Shown piece by piece: positions 12,853 to 25,289 of a DNA stretch of 57,142 nucleotides (positions are counted from its first letter, which is position 1; every line of letters starts with the position of its first letter). The DNA comes from Batkoa obscura (taxonomy: Eukaryota): NCBI GenBank assembly GCA_030770535.1, contig JASVEC010000103.1, forward strand, positions 1 through 57,142. Reading direction: 5' to 3'. Position numbers and translations under genes: made by a program. The notes under the pieces were generated by a model. It was not told the origin of the DNA. It made no database searches and worked only from the letters and a program-made list of their open reading frames with translations.

Positions 12853-14746
12853 TTAATAAATTATATTGCTAGATATACTTTTATATTTTATACTTACTTC
12901 AAAAGAATCGATGGCTGATTTTGCTTTAGTTATGATGAAATTAATATACATTCCATATTTATACATAATAAGGCTCATACCCAATTCATAACTGTGAAGT
13001 AACTTAATGATATTAGTCTTAATCATATTAATAGCTTCATTACCGATTAAGCTTGAACTTAAAATAGAAAGAGAAGAGAATATTGTCAATAAAGTATAAA
13101 AGGTGAATATAGGGTATTTAGATCTTAAAAAGTGTATCATCACTAATTAATTATATTTATGGCATTTAATAATAGAACTGTTTGAGTTTCCAAATATTTC
13201 AAAACTACTTTATGTATTTTCTGATTTCGTAAGTTATATAAATCAATTTCATCCGATATTTCTTTAAAGTAGATATGACATGAAGCTTTATATAAAGATA
13301 CTATCTTAATGAAGTCCTCAGTAGAGTTAGTATATGCTTTATCAAAACATCTATTTGAACAGGCTCTTTAGTTATAGTTGAATATATCAATGATAATTAA
13401 AAAGTGTAAATTATTAACTTTTATTTTATTTTATAGGCTTTTTAAATCTACAAGTATAACATCAGGAAAAATACATAAAAAATGTTTTAAATCTATAGCC
13501 CTATCACTATTTGTAACAATATAAGTCAAAGATTTAATTGAACTCTTATGAAATTAATTAATATAGCTCTGAGTTAGACTGAACTCACCTAATGATAAAA
13601 TAAGGCTTAAACATGGTATGTAGTTTAGATTATCAATCCTTTTGAGTGTTTCTACAAGGCGCTCAACTATTAGTAAATTTACTATAGTTATTTGATTTAT
13701 GTATAAAGATGGCACTTTCTTAAAATCACCCTTTTCATGATTGACTTCTTTAAATTGAGTGTTAGTTAAATGATAAATAGACTCAGTTTCTGAAAAACCA
13801 CAGTATTTAATGAGTGAGGAAGTACTATAGAATGCTTTATTAATTTTACTGGATATAACGATTTAGGACTATATTTTTTCATAATCACAAATGAATCTAA
13901 CTTCTTTACTTTTAAAATATGACTCTTGATTTGACTTTAACTTGTCTATTCATAATATATATAGCATCCTTACAAGCAAATTTGCAAGTTGATAAGATAA
14001 ACTATAATTAATTAAAATTAAAGAAATATAGTATAACAAACATAATGCTTCAACACTTTCGAAACTTGAGTTGCTCCAGGCTTGAAAAATTAATGGTTGT
14101 ATGTTATTTGACTAAATATGATAAATGGTCTCAAAATCGCATCCAGGGAAAGAAAAACGACTAAAGCTTAAAGAAGTGGTTAAAATTTTTGACATGAATC
14201 CTGCCTTGAGCTGCTTTATATAAGAAGCTAATTGTTTAGGTTCAATATAAGAACTCAATCCATAAACAAAGTAATCGCGAGTCTTTGTATTAAATTCTAA
14301 AAAAGATTCACAATCAGAAATAATTATTCAAGTTCCAACATGCTCAGCTCTTCTCAAATTATGATTCCTCAAAGTTATTAAATTAGATGACGAAAGCTTG
14401 GTATTAGGAGTTTTTTTGAATCAAATCAAGCTTCCCTTTTAACTCTATACCTTGTTTGTTTAAAATTGCCTTTTCATCTAAACTGGTTGTACCTTTGCTT
14501 TTAAGCATCTTTAATACCCATATTAAGTACCTTTTTAACTCCAAGGTCCTATATTTACTTTAAAAGAAGACTCTGAACATAACTGAGATAAAGCATGGTC
14601 ATTGTCAAAAGAATTTAATATTTCAACCAATTTAAAAATTGTAAACAACTGTAGTTCAAGCTTTCGTATCCCGTTTTCCAACTCTCTTCTCCTTGCCTTT
14701 AATTAAATTTCATCATTTCACTTAGTCTTATTCTTGATTTTATCAT
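12853..14746 (-). pseudogene. Decayed near full-length member of the TF middle-homology-like superfamily (relic R2)
   Basis: Translates to KRYLIWVLK..SRFSFPG..QAWSNSSFESVEALCLLYYISL..LVRMLYIL*ID, aligning with EYLKWVKK..SRFTLP..QAYSNPSY..AVRMAQCLGYD; ORF 12853-13143 is its C-terminus. Confidence 0.7.
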
Positions 14747-15262
14747 TTGTAAATAAATAGCTAATGATTTTTAACTTTGATACCATAGCTAGCAGCCTGA
14801 TTTTGAGATGTTATTAATATGATTGTTTGTTTTAAACAAGCTTAAGAAGACTAAGAAGCTAATTAAGCTTTAATACTTATAAATACTTTAAAGCCATATT
14901 TGTTCCTATCACTTTATATAAAAGTCCAATATCTTTATCACTAAAGTTTGATTACAAAACATTTGATTCCTAAATAATGTGTTTTTTGTCTATGGATTTA
15001 AAACTTTTCTAACTTTTAAGTGGCCTAAAAGTAAATAAGATGAAGATTACAAAATAAATGTCAAAAATGTGAGTTTATTTTTTAAAATTTTGAATTATTA
15101 GCTATTAGGAATTTTTTCAAACTCAAATAGTCAATGTCAGGTAAAATTATATAAAGAATAGTTACTATTTTATTTTGAATTCAGATTAATTTATAATATA
15201 TTAAACAATTATAATAAAATATTAAAAAATACATACTATTTATTATAACAGTATTATTGAGA

Positions 15263-17015
15263 TTAATTTAAATATATACTTATTTCTTCTATTAAATCTG
15301 GATGCAGCTGAAATCGATGGATACAGCACTTGATCTGGTCTAAGGCATTAGTAGAATCTTTGGAATGCCTTTTGTTATCGGATTTAGATATTATATAAAG
15401 TTCTTTGATTAATAACACACATTTTGCTTGTGCTTCATTAACCATAAACATATCATCATCCCTCAAACTCGAAGTTTGATGTGATAAATTAAGAAGCGTG
15501 AAAAAACTAAAATAGGCTTGGTAATAAAAAGGGACACGAATATTGGCTTGAAGCTTATATTTAGTATCAAACTGGTGTATTTTACTAAACATTAAAGTTT
15601 CATGATTCAAATTTTTATTTAAACTTTTGTTTAAGCAATATGTAATAACTTGGTTAGCATGATCAAACAGCAACTTTAACGTTGGCTCTATAAATCGTAC
15701 AGGTTGAGGGTAAATCATGACAGATGGGTAATAAAGTGTCATAATACTATGTTGGATTAGTACTTTAATATACCTTTTGAAATTGAAATTATGATCATTT
15801 GCTCTCTCCTTTAATTCGGTCTCACTATAATCACTTTCTTCTCTTAATAGATTTTGATTTTGTATTATATTAAATAATGAATTTAAACAATTTGTGAATT
15901 CGCTTTGAGGCAGAACCAAATCATCAGTGGGTATATTCGAATAATTATTTGAAAGCTCATACTTTTCTTTTACGTTTTGTATATGAGTTGCTATTTTAAT
16001 ATTTACTCCAATAAGATCTTTGATAAAAAGATATGGATCTTTGTCTACAGTTTCACACCGTATTCGCTTACTATTGGTATTATTTTTGTTATGGTTCTTT
16101 CTGAAGAAATATAATGGCTCTTTTATTTCAAATTTAATAAAATACATATCTGCAGTATAATAAGAAAGGGTTAAATGATTGAGATAAAGGGTTTTCCAAA
16201 TCCTTCTGCCTCGAGATAATTCATTATATCTCATGTCCAAAATATCTAGCTCATTAAACGAGGAATCATTTATATTATAGCTTAAAGATTGGACCATTCT
16301 TATTGCGCCTAGTAAATACTGTTTAGCAAGGTCAAAGTTTGAATGAGATAGATTAATATAAGATAATAATCCTAGAGCTATCCTTGGCCGTAGCTTGGAT
16401 TAAAATACGATTGAGGCAAAATTGCTTTTATTCCTTTTAATGATTTTTTATAACTTTGTTTATAAGCTATACTACCATGTATAACAGTAAAACGAGCAAA
16501 GAGAACAATTAAAGTATATGATAAAGTAGTAGGCTCTTTATTTGCTAATATTGCCTTCGAATTAAATTTTTCAAACCACAGTTTATATGGATATATATTC
16601 TTTACAAAGAAAATCGAGCCTTGCTCTAAAAAGTGGCTATAGGTCTGATACACTGTTATTGAGTCTATGTTTTTTATTATTGTTTCATTTGGTGGATGTG
16701 AAAATGTGGTTACAGCTTCAAAATTTCCATCCAATAAGAGTTTATAATAGAAAATCTTTTTTAAGATTTCATCATTACTATACTTCTCTTGATTTATTAT
16801 CCTAAACTCATTTTGAGCCCAATTCAAATATTCTAAAAATGAATCAAATACTATAAAATATTAAAATGATTACCATATACTTTTTGCCTAAATTCTAAAT
16901 TTGAATGTGAGTCCAATTGTTTAAATATATTATTTATTGAACTATCAATACTATCTAACTTTGATTTTATTACATCTACTCTACTTCCTGCTCTTCTTTT
17001 TGAGCTTATCTCCAT
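15263..17015 (-). pseudogene. Fungal TF middle-homology-like family member C, split by a 1-bp deletion
   Basis: Exon 1 17015-16874 (142 nt), 41-nt intron 16873-16833. A 1-bp loss at ~16382 gives a premature TAG; the downstream frame is open through AIRMVQSLSY to 15263. Confidence 0.85.
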
Positions 17016-17339
17016 GTTCAACTTCCTCTTTGTTACTCCTTTTTCTTACTGTTATTTATAACTGCATTGACTTTATTTTGAATCTAAAATGAAAAACAAA
17101 GGTATATAATTACTTTTGATTCGAAAATAACTAGAGTTTAGTAAAATTAAATACAAAAAATAAACTAAAAGAAAATTGTGCTTTTTTAATTCATCTTGTA
17201 TTTATTCTATATAATAAGAAAAATAATTCTGTTTTACTATTATTTCGTGTTGCTTTATTCTTTAAGTTAATTTTACAATTATTACTAAAGCTAAAAAACT
17301 ATTTTAGTTATGATATTCGTTTATTGACATGAATCATAT

Positions 17340-17438
17340 GAGAGTGTTTTTTTTGACTTCATTATTTTTTCCATTTTCTAAGCGCCATTTAAGCGGAAAT
17401 TTTGTTGGTAAAATTCTTAAACACAAAAATACATCCCC
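17340..17438 (+). mobile_element. MITE copy
   Basis: GAGAGTGTTTT..AAAATACATCCCC; ATAT on both sides. Confidence 0.9.
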
Positions 17439-18149
17439 ATATTTTCCTTGAATTTTTTTAAAAATTACTCTTATAAAAATAAATATTAATAAAAATATTA
17501 ATACTACCTTGTTATGTAAATAAAATTAATTTTGACGAAATTGAACTAAAGAACTAAAGTATTAAAAAATAAAATATTGTAGCTAAGATGGTGTTTATAG
17601 ATATATAAACTATCTAAAATATGAATATATAAAAATTAAATATTTTTGGAATATTTAAATCAATAATAAATGTTTATCTAAAATCCTTCTATAGCTTTCT
17701 GATTTTATCAAACAATAATAGTATATTTGTCAAATAATAACACAATTCAGGTAAAAGTAAAGAATAATCAGTGTTAGAATAACAAATGTATAAATTTGGT
17801 TCAAATTGAAGTATTATATAATTTATTATAAAAAGAGAACATTCGAATACACCTTATTTAAAGGCACATACATTTTAGTATATAAATTAAACTAGGAATT
17901 AATAAGCAGTAATACTGCTTTAGAAATGAAATCTTAGGTCCCTTTATATTCATTAGTTAATACATTTTATTTCGCTCTTAGTTTTAAATTTTAAGCATAA
18001 CTTCATCAATAAAAAATGATCTTGTATAACTTATTATGTAAAATAGGTCTTCTCTTATTTATAATATTAGAAAGATTTTCAAAAATTACTTAGATACGTA
18101 AAATAATTATCAAAAATCCTATTAAATATAAGAAATGAAACTTATAATT

Positions 18150-18705
18150 CTTAAGCTTTAGCTTTTTGAATCATACCCAATACAGTTTAGAAATCGTCAA
18201 AAGGAGTATACTCAAATTTATACTCAATACAATATTTTCCCAACTCTTTACTACGTCGAGTAGATGAGGCATCAATATAATGAGCCGTAGGTATATCTAA
18301 TACGCTATCATCGTAAAATACAATAAAAAATTTCGTTCCTCCATTTTCTTTTTTGTATTATTCTTTATCAATGTCCATTGAAAGGCCTTTGTTGTGAATA
18401 TAAGCACTATATTAAGAGAAAATTAAGAGTCCAATCATTATAAACGATGGATTTCCCTATCATCCTTAAAAGCGCAAGGTCATTTCCTGTTCAAGAGCTC
18501 TATGACTAGCATGAATTTTAAAATTCGTACAATCATTAGGAAAGAACTGAACTTTTCAAGTGTTCAATCATAAAACTAAAGCCAGTTACAAAATATAGAC
18601 TGTAATAAAATATCAAGCTAACTTTACTTGTGCCAAAACACATGTACCGAGATATTACTTGAAAAACAATATTCCGTAAACTCTTCAAACTTAGGGGTCT
18701 AATTC
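18150..18705 (-). pseudogene. Decayed fragment of the TF middle-homology-like superfamily (relic R3)
   Basis: One frame reads EFTEY..FWHK..FFPND..RALEQ..GNPSF with many stops; spacing matches QFLEY..LWLD..FTLPRD..KALQG..SNP of intact copies. Confidence 0.5.
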
Positions 18706-18712
18706 AATATCT

Positions 18713-18810
18713 GGGGATGTTTTTTTGGCTTCATTATTTTTTCCATTTTTTAAGCACTATTTGAGTGGAAAGATTGTTAGTAAAATTCTTAAACACAAAA
18801 ATACATCCCT
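18713..18810 (+). mobile_element. MITE copy
   Basis: Near-consensus; flanked by the direct repeat ATCT/ATCT. Confidence 0.9.
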
Positions 18811-19032
18811 ATCTGTTTACAATGAATAGTAATTCTAAAAACGAAAAGTATGTAGCTTTGAGAAAAATTAAGGCATCTTCCCAACTCAGATCTACTGACC
18901 CCTATAGTAATTTAAAAACTTCTCTGGGATTACCTAATGTTTTTTTAAATGCTAATGTTTTGCATATATATCATTTTTCTTTCCCTAGGCATCATTTTAT
19001 CATTTAAATTCTTACGAGTTTCTATACAATAT

Positions 19033-19125
19033 AGGAATATATTTTTGTGTTTAAAAAATTTACTAATAATTTTTCTGCTCGAATAGCGCTTAGAAGATAG
19101 AAAAAGTGAAGTCAAAAAAAATCTC
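19033..19125 (-). mobile_element. MITE copy
   Basis: Reverse-orientation match; ATAT flanks. Confidence 0.8.
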
Positions 19126-19814
19126 ATATATTTATCTATCGATATAACACCAGAGCCTTGTAATATAATTATTCCACTAAAATTACAAAAAATTAAAACA
19201 TAAGGATTCCTTTTAGTCGTTTAAAAGGTTTTAAATAGATATGGTAACTGAAAAGTTTATAAAATCTCTTGGTTTTTATATTAATTGTTAACTATTTTAC
19301 CCACATAATCAAAGCGATAAGTCTTTGGGGCATCACTTAAAAATAGATCACTTATAAATAAAAATAAAGTTAAAAGACAAATTAGGTTGTCAGACAAATA
19401 ATAGAATTTTACAACACTATTTCTAAGTTTAATCTAAATTAATATGTAAAAATATAAGGGGGATTTTAATAAATTATCGTTTTTAATTGAAGCTTAATCA
19501 ATGGTAAGGAATATCAATGAATCCAAGCAGCGCTTTATTACGGTAAAGGATAAGGATTTCTATTTACTTTACAACATTTTGTTTTTTAATTTTTTTAATG
19601 ACAAACAATTAAGATCAAAGGAAATAACAATATTGAATTTAATTTTAAGCATTTAAAAAAACATTACATACAATAAGATTTATTAAACTGTGGTACAACT
19701 CTACAATAGCCGTTCAAAATTTCAGCATAAAAGTATCAATGTACAATACTTATAAACAATCATAGTAATAAGCTACTATAGTTTATATAAAGAACATCAA
19801 AATACCCATTAAAA

Positions 19815-21428
19815 TCATTTTTCCTCAGCTCGTAAAGGGATATGCTGTAAAAATAAAGATGAAATTAAACCTAAGGCTAAAAACGGAACTCCTGTAAAGA
19901 AAAAATACTTGAATCCATCAACATAACATCCTTTGATTTTTTGAATCAACTCTGGGCTTAAGCTTGATATATAAGACGTATTCTTAGATAATTGAGATAG
20001 ATCCACTTCAGACGAATATTTTAATAAGGAATTTGTTGTTACATTTTGATATACAGCTCCAAGTACTGCAATACCAATAATTCCACCAAAATAAAAAACA
20101 AATTCAATTAAAGAGGTCGTAATGGCAACATCTTTTTTATCAACTGCAGCCTGTGACGCTATTAAACAAGTCTCTACGCAGAGACCAATACCTGCACCAA
20201 GTATAGCGGAGAATATATAAAATTGAACACGAGTAATTTCATTACTCATAAAAATGCCTAATAAAATAATCCCGACCAAGCCAACTATTGTTCCAAGGAT
20301 AGTCAATGGGTGGTAAATCTTAGTTTTCAGGATAAAAGCACTTGATCCAATAGCAAATATTATTAGGCCACTTATTAATGGGAGGATCCCTATGGTAGAA
20401 AGTCGGGCGCTTTCGTGGTAATAAAGTTGAAAATATAATGGCATATAAATTATAATAGCAAAGAATACAGCACTAATAGAAAACGTTACGGTACATGAAA
20501 TAATGACATTGGGTACTAACAAATGGCCAGGAATTATAGGCTCTTTTGATACTTTCCATTGAGTATAAACAAAAACTGCTAAAGATACAAAACTTAAAAT
20601 TAAAGGTACAAGAACAGGAGCAGAACTCCAAGGATAATCTTGTCCACCCCAATTAAGACCCAAAGTTAAAAGTATAGTAAACCCAAGAAGAAAAGTTGAG
20701 CCCAAGTAATCGATTCTTTTCAAATTTTGCTTTAAGTTACCTCTATTACTAGGAAAACGAAAAAAAACACCAATGCAGACAATAGCTATAAAGCAAAATG
20801 GTAAATTAATATAGAAACACCATCTCCAAGATAGCTTGTTAACAAAGATTCCCCCCAAAATTGAGCCCAAAGTAGATGACACTGTAGTAGCAATAGTAAG
20901 AATCCCCATATAAACACTTCGTTTATGAATAGGAACTAAGTCGGAAATAATAATTGAACATAAAGTAATCAAACCGCCACCACCAATACCAGCAATAGCA
21001 CGAGATATAATTAGCATTGTAATCGATTGGCTAATACTACATAGTATGGAGCCAATTAAGAACACAACTAATGCAAAAATGATAGTAGGTTTTCTTCCAA
21101 ATATATCAGACAGCTTGCCATATAACAGCTGAAATCCGTTACTGGTCAAAAGATAAGCTGTAGAAACCCAATTAATTTCCTTCAATCCATTCAAATCAGA
21201 CGCGATTGCACCTATGGTAGTTGCTATTATAGTAGTGTCAATTGAAGCTATTGAGACAGTAGAAAATAAGCCTAGCATTATTAACCAAAATTTTAATGAG
21301 CCAAGCTCTATTTTAGGCTGTGAAGAATCATCATTTGATTCTTCTTGGTTTTTAATGTCGTTTAGATTAATTGGTTCCTCTATTTTAATTGTGTCACTCA
21401 TACCAATATCTATTATTTTTGTTTTCAT
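19815..21428 (-). CDS. MFS drug:H+ antiporter (DHA2/14-TMS type), 537 aa
   Basis: Motifs DTTII, GKLSDIFGRK, RAIAGIGGGG and SWRWCFYINLP; about 14 hydrophobic helices. Confidence 0.93.
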   Translation of the reverse strand: MKTKIIDIGMSDTIKIEEPINLNDIKNQEESNDDSSQPKIELGSLKFWLIMLGLFSTVSIASIDTTIIATTIGAIASDLNGLKEINWVSTAYLLTSNGFQLLYGKLSDIFGRKPTIIFALVVFLIGSILCSISQSITMLIISRAIAGIGGGGLITLCSIIISDLVPIHKRSVYMGILTIATTVSSTLGSILGGIFVNKLSWRWCFYINLPFCFIAIVCIGVFFRFPSNRGNLKQNLKRIDYLGSTFLLGFTILLTLGLNWGGQDYPWSSAPVLVPLILSFVSLAVFVYTQWKVSKEPIIPGHLLVPNVIISCTVTFSISAVFFAIIIYMPLYFQLYYHESARLSTIGILPLISGLIIFAIGSSAFILKTKIYHPLTILGTIVGLVGIILLGIFMSNEITRVQFYIFSAILGAGIGLCVETCLIASQAAVDKKDVAITTSLIEFVFYFGGIIGIAVLGAVYQNVTTNSLLKYSSEVDLSQLSKNTSYISSLSPELIQKIKGCYVDGFKYFFFTGVPFLALGLISSLFLQHIPLRAEEK

Positions 21429-21781
21429 ATGCTTCCTTTATATCATTTTGAGTTATAATAATATTTTTTATCGTTTCAAGGCTTGAGATCTAATTGGATA
21501 GATATAGTATTTTTTCATATACCTTTTAGATTAGGGAAAATATATTGAGGTTTAAATTGAATTTTATAGTTAATTTCAATTTATCATATCACTGTTATAA
21601 TTAGAACATGGATTAGGGATTTTATTTGGTGTTACCTGAGTTTATTTATGACAGCTTTTTCTATATTTACATTCAGTAAATACAAAATTACAATACCCAA
21701 CCTACATTTAAATTATAACAGTAGTAATTGTAATATTATTCAATGAAATGAATAAATTAGATTTTCATTAAAGTGCTACTT

Positions 21782-21998
21782 TGATAATAAAAAAGCGAAA
21801 AAAATAAGACTGTGATGATCAATTTGTATAAAATAGAAAGTTTTGTTTTTTCTTTTACAAATCGAAAGCGGAGTAATATTGTTACATAAATATGATAATG
21901 AAAAAGCGAAAAAAATAAAACTGTGATGATTAATCTGTGTAAAATAGAAAGCTTTGTTTTTTCTTTTACAAATCGAAAGCGGAGTAATATTGTTACAT
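21782..21998. repeat. Tandem direct repeat, 2 copies, period 111 bp
   Basis: TGATAAT..AAAGCGAAAAAAATAA..CAAATCGAAAGCGGAGTAATATTGTTACAT starts at 21782 and 21893. Confidence 0.9.
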
Positions 21999-22430
21999 GA
22001 ATAATACAATATATCGGATTAATATGATTTTAATAAATATTGATTCAAATTAAGTCATTTTATAAAGTAAAAAGTTTTTCTATATAACTTCACTTTGTTT
22101 GTTTATTATATATAGTTTGTCTATATCATTAATTTATCACCTGCTTTGTTTTATAGTCCCTTTTATCATAAAATAGGTAATATAAATTCAACAAGGAGCG
22201 AACTTAATATTTTTAAAGTAGTTAATCGCACTTTGGAATATTTCGTCTACCATCAGAAATTGGTATTTTTATGAACAGGTGATTTAATAAGGTCAAAATA
22301 CTATTAATTAAACAACTATAAACATTGATATTGTAGGCTGATTGAAAGTTATAAAATTTCAAAGTTCATTTTTCGAACAGTAGCATATTTTAATAAGTCC
22401 ATTTTATCAGGTATAGAATATAAATATAAT

Positions 22431-24382
22431 TTATTGATTAATTGTTGCAATCATATCCAATTTATCATCTGGGGCACTAACAACATAAAATATTGAGTCC
22501 AGTTCTTTAGTTTTATCCTTCAACTCAAAAGAGAAATTCTTGATTAAATTTGCAGAAACTAAATACAGTTCCATCCAAGCAAGTCTATTATAAAATAAAT
22601 TAAAATCATTTTTTTAAAAGGATAAATCCTTACGTTCGCCCGATGCATGCTCTAGGTCCAATTAAAAATGGCATAAAATTACTATTCATTTTAAACTTTT
22701 TATTTTGAATCCAGCGATCAGGATTAAACACTTCAGGATCTTTCCAGTTCCTAACTGAATTGTGTAATGCTTTTATATTTATGCCAACTATAGACTAAAA
22801 ATAATTAGTAGAGATTTTGAAAAATGCTTTTAAATTACGTCTTCTGGAATGAAATACCCATCAATAATTCTTCCGCCTTTAGGAACAATTCTCATAACAT
22901 TCCCTGAAACAACAGGTACTATTCTTAAGCTTTCATGCAATACAGCACTCAAATATGGACACTCTGTTTTACATTTATTAAATGTAATTTCATCTTTATT
23001 TGGAAATGTATTTGCTATTTCCTGTCTTAATTTCTCATAGATATCAGGGTGTTTTGACAATAAGTAAAATGTCCTAAAAATTAGTTTCAGTTATATTTAT
23101 ACTTATATTTATATATTAAATACCAAGCTAATGAGTTTGATGTGGTGTCTGTTCCAGCAATCCTATCGAGTAGGTTTAGTTTGTTATTATAGTTTGTGTA
23201 TAGATTATTACAATTGAATAATAGATTCCTCGGCAAGTTCTTTTTCTGTAAGCTTCTTACCAGTATCTGGGTCCGATGCTGTAATGAAAGCGTTTAATAT
23301 AGTTGTTCTATCTGGATGTGACTTTGAATTTTCTATAGCTTTATAGGCAAACTTTTATGTTTTAATACAATTTATCAAGCTTGTATCAAATACTACCTCG
23401 TATAAGTTTTGGACACTTTTAAACTTATAAATTTTTAAGATAGGCATCATTGTACACTAAAGAGTGGATACCAGATTAAAAACTCAAAATTTGATATATA
23501 TATACTATGCTTACAAGGATGCTTATAAAAAAGAAGTCTTTGATCCAACCTATAACAGGATGGTATCCTTCATTTAACATGTCAAATGAGTTCCCAAAGG
23601 CAAGGCTCCCAATAACATCCTAAAAGTAGCTTTAATATTGGATTGTTAAGTTAAAGGTATATCCTACAAATGAAAAGTAATGGAAATAAATAGATAAATC
23701 AAACACATCCTTCTCTTTAGCCAAATTTTTGATCTTATTAATTAAATTAATAACATTTTCAATAACAATATGCTCAATCGAATCAATTGCTTTTTCAGAA
23801 AAGCTCGGAGCTAAGATTTTTTTCTATTTTAAAATCAATTATAATCCGAAAATTTGAAATCAGTAAATATACTCTTTGTCTATGGAAATCTTTATCTCTA
23901 CTTTGTGTTAACAAAAGTCTCAAACGTAGTGATTTAACCTTACCTTGTACTAAATATTGTTTCACCAACAAGCTGAAAAGCAGAGTAAAATCTTGATTTG
24001 GGATAAGTATAAGTTGAATACAACTCTTTACATGCAGAATCGGATTCAAATGAAACTGCAATCCTTCCTATCATAAATTAGGCTTATTATAAAAATACCT
24101 ATTCAACATTTTACAATACCTAATCTAACAACGCTACCATACTTTTTATGCAATTCAAATATTACCTTATGGCCAGTTCCCTTCCACATGTAATATTGAA
24201 AAATAATAGGAAAGAATTGGTAAATTAGTGGCCCTGGAATTTTACGTAACGGACTAAAAAAGATAGAATAGATAACCTATTTTGATAAGATTAGATGAGT
24301 ATAATATCCTGTAATCAATTACATTATAAGACCAGTATATAAAATAAGAAAAAATGACTGCTGATAAAATAATTTTCAACAT
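22431..24382 (-). CDS. Cytochrome P450 monooxygenase (multi-exon)
   Basis: N-terminal anchor then SPLRKIPGP; I-helix AGTDTT; HESLR (ExxR); FNPDRW; heme motif FLIGPRACIG; many short GT-AG introns; stop at 22431. Confidence 0.92.
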
Positions 24383-24699
24383 TTTCAAGACTAATTGGAA
24401 AAAAGAAAAAAGAAGGCTTTTATACCATTGGTTGAATTTAGTTTAATCTTGTTTTTAAAACGGACTGAGGGCATTAATATGCGGATTGTTTATTCCTAAA
24501 AATTGTTTTTTTCCGAAAGTTTACCCATTTGTATGGGGCATTTAATATAAAATTAAAGCTGTAAATTAAGTAAATGAGTTTATAAAATATTAAAATTAAG
24601 TTTACTTTTATTCCAAAATGGGGAATATCAAAATCAAAAACATTCTTTTAGATAAATACTAAAATAAAGTGTAGTACTAAAACAACATCAAAAATAACA

Positions 24700-24950
24700 C
24701 GATGTATAGTTTAATTGACAAAAAATATACACGGCTTTTAACTTATTTATGGTTCTTTGGAACTGTTAATATATAAGTGTTAAAAGTACAAGAATTTCTA
24801 AAAACTATAAATAGTATATTAAATATCTGTATAAATTTTTTAATGTGTTGCAATAACAAGCGTTTTATCAAGGATTCTTCAATCTTAAAAATCTATTTCA
24901 CCTTGTTTTTTTAAAACTCTGGATCCTTTTAGAAATGTGTTTTGTTTAGA
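24700..24950 (-). pseudogene. Possible further fragment of the relic subfamily
   Basis: KIEESLIKRLLLQHIKKFI resembles KSSDRLLLKIILLQTLNKSI of relic R4; short and weak. Confidence 0.3.
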
Positions 24951-25289
24951 ATAAATCAATAAAAAGGAGAAGGTTGAGGGGCTATTCGGTTACCAAACGT
25001 TTAACTTCCAGAACTACGGTTAATTAATGGGTTGGGTAAGTGAGTAGCAATGGGCTACCCTGTGTGTTATTATTTAACTTTGTTACAACTTTTCAGATCA
25101 ATTTTTTTGTATCAAAAATGAACCCAAAATTATGATAAGTAGGAAACAACAAAGTTTATAATAAAAATAAGCTATATTAAAAATAGAATAAGACACTGCT
25201 ATTTGATCACTTTGGGGTAATTTCCATCAAGCCATATTAACATTTTTAGATAAAGACGATTTTTAATTCTTATTATTATCACAAGAGTA

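Noticed and set aside
18765..19127. Small ORFs 18765-19007 and 18945-19127 (also 843-1040 and 51154-51360)
   Set aside because: They run through MITE copies and are chance frames in AT-rich repeats
23787..24061. ORFs 23787-23996 and 23795-24061 as separate genes
   Set aside because: Off-frame or antisense readings across P450 exons and introns
24960..25070. Relatively GC-rich patch as a possible ncRNA or transposon end
   Set aside because: No tRNA, 5S or snoRNA features and no partner repeat recognised; an Rfam search would be needed
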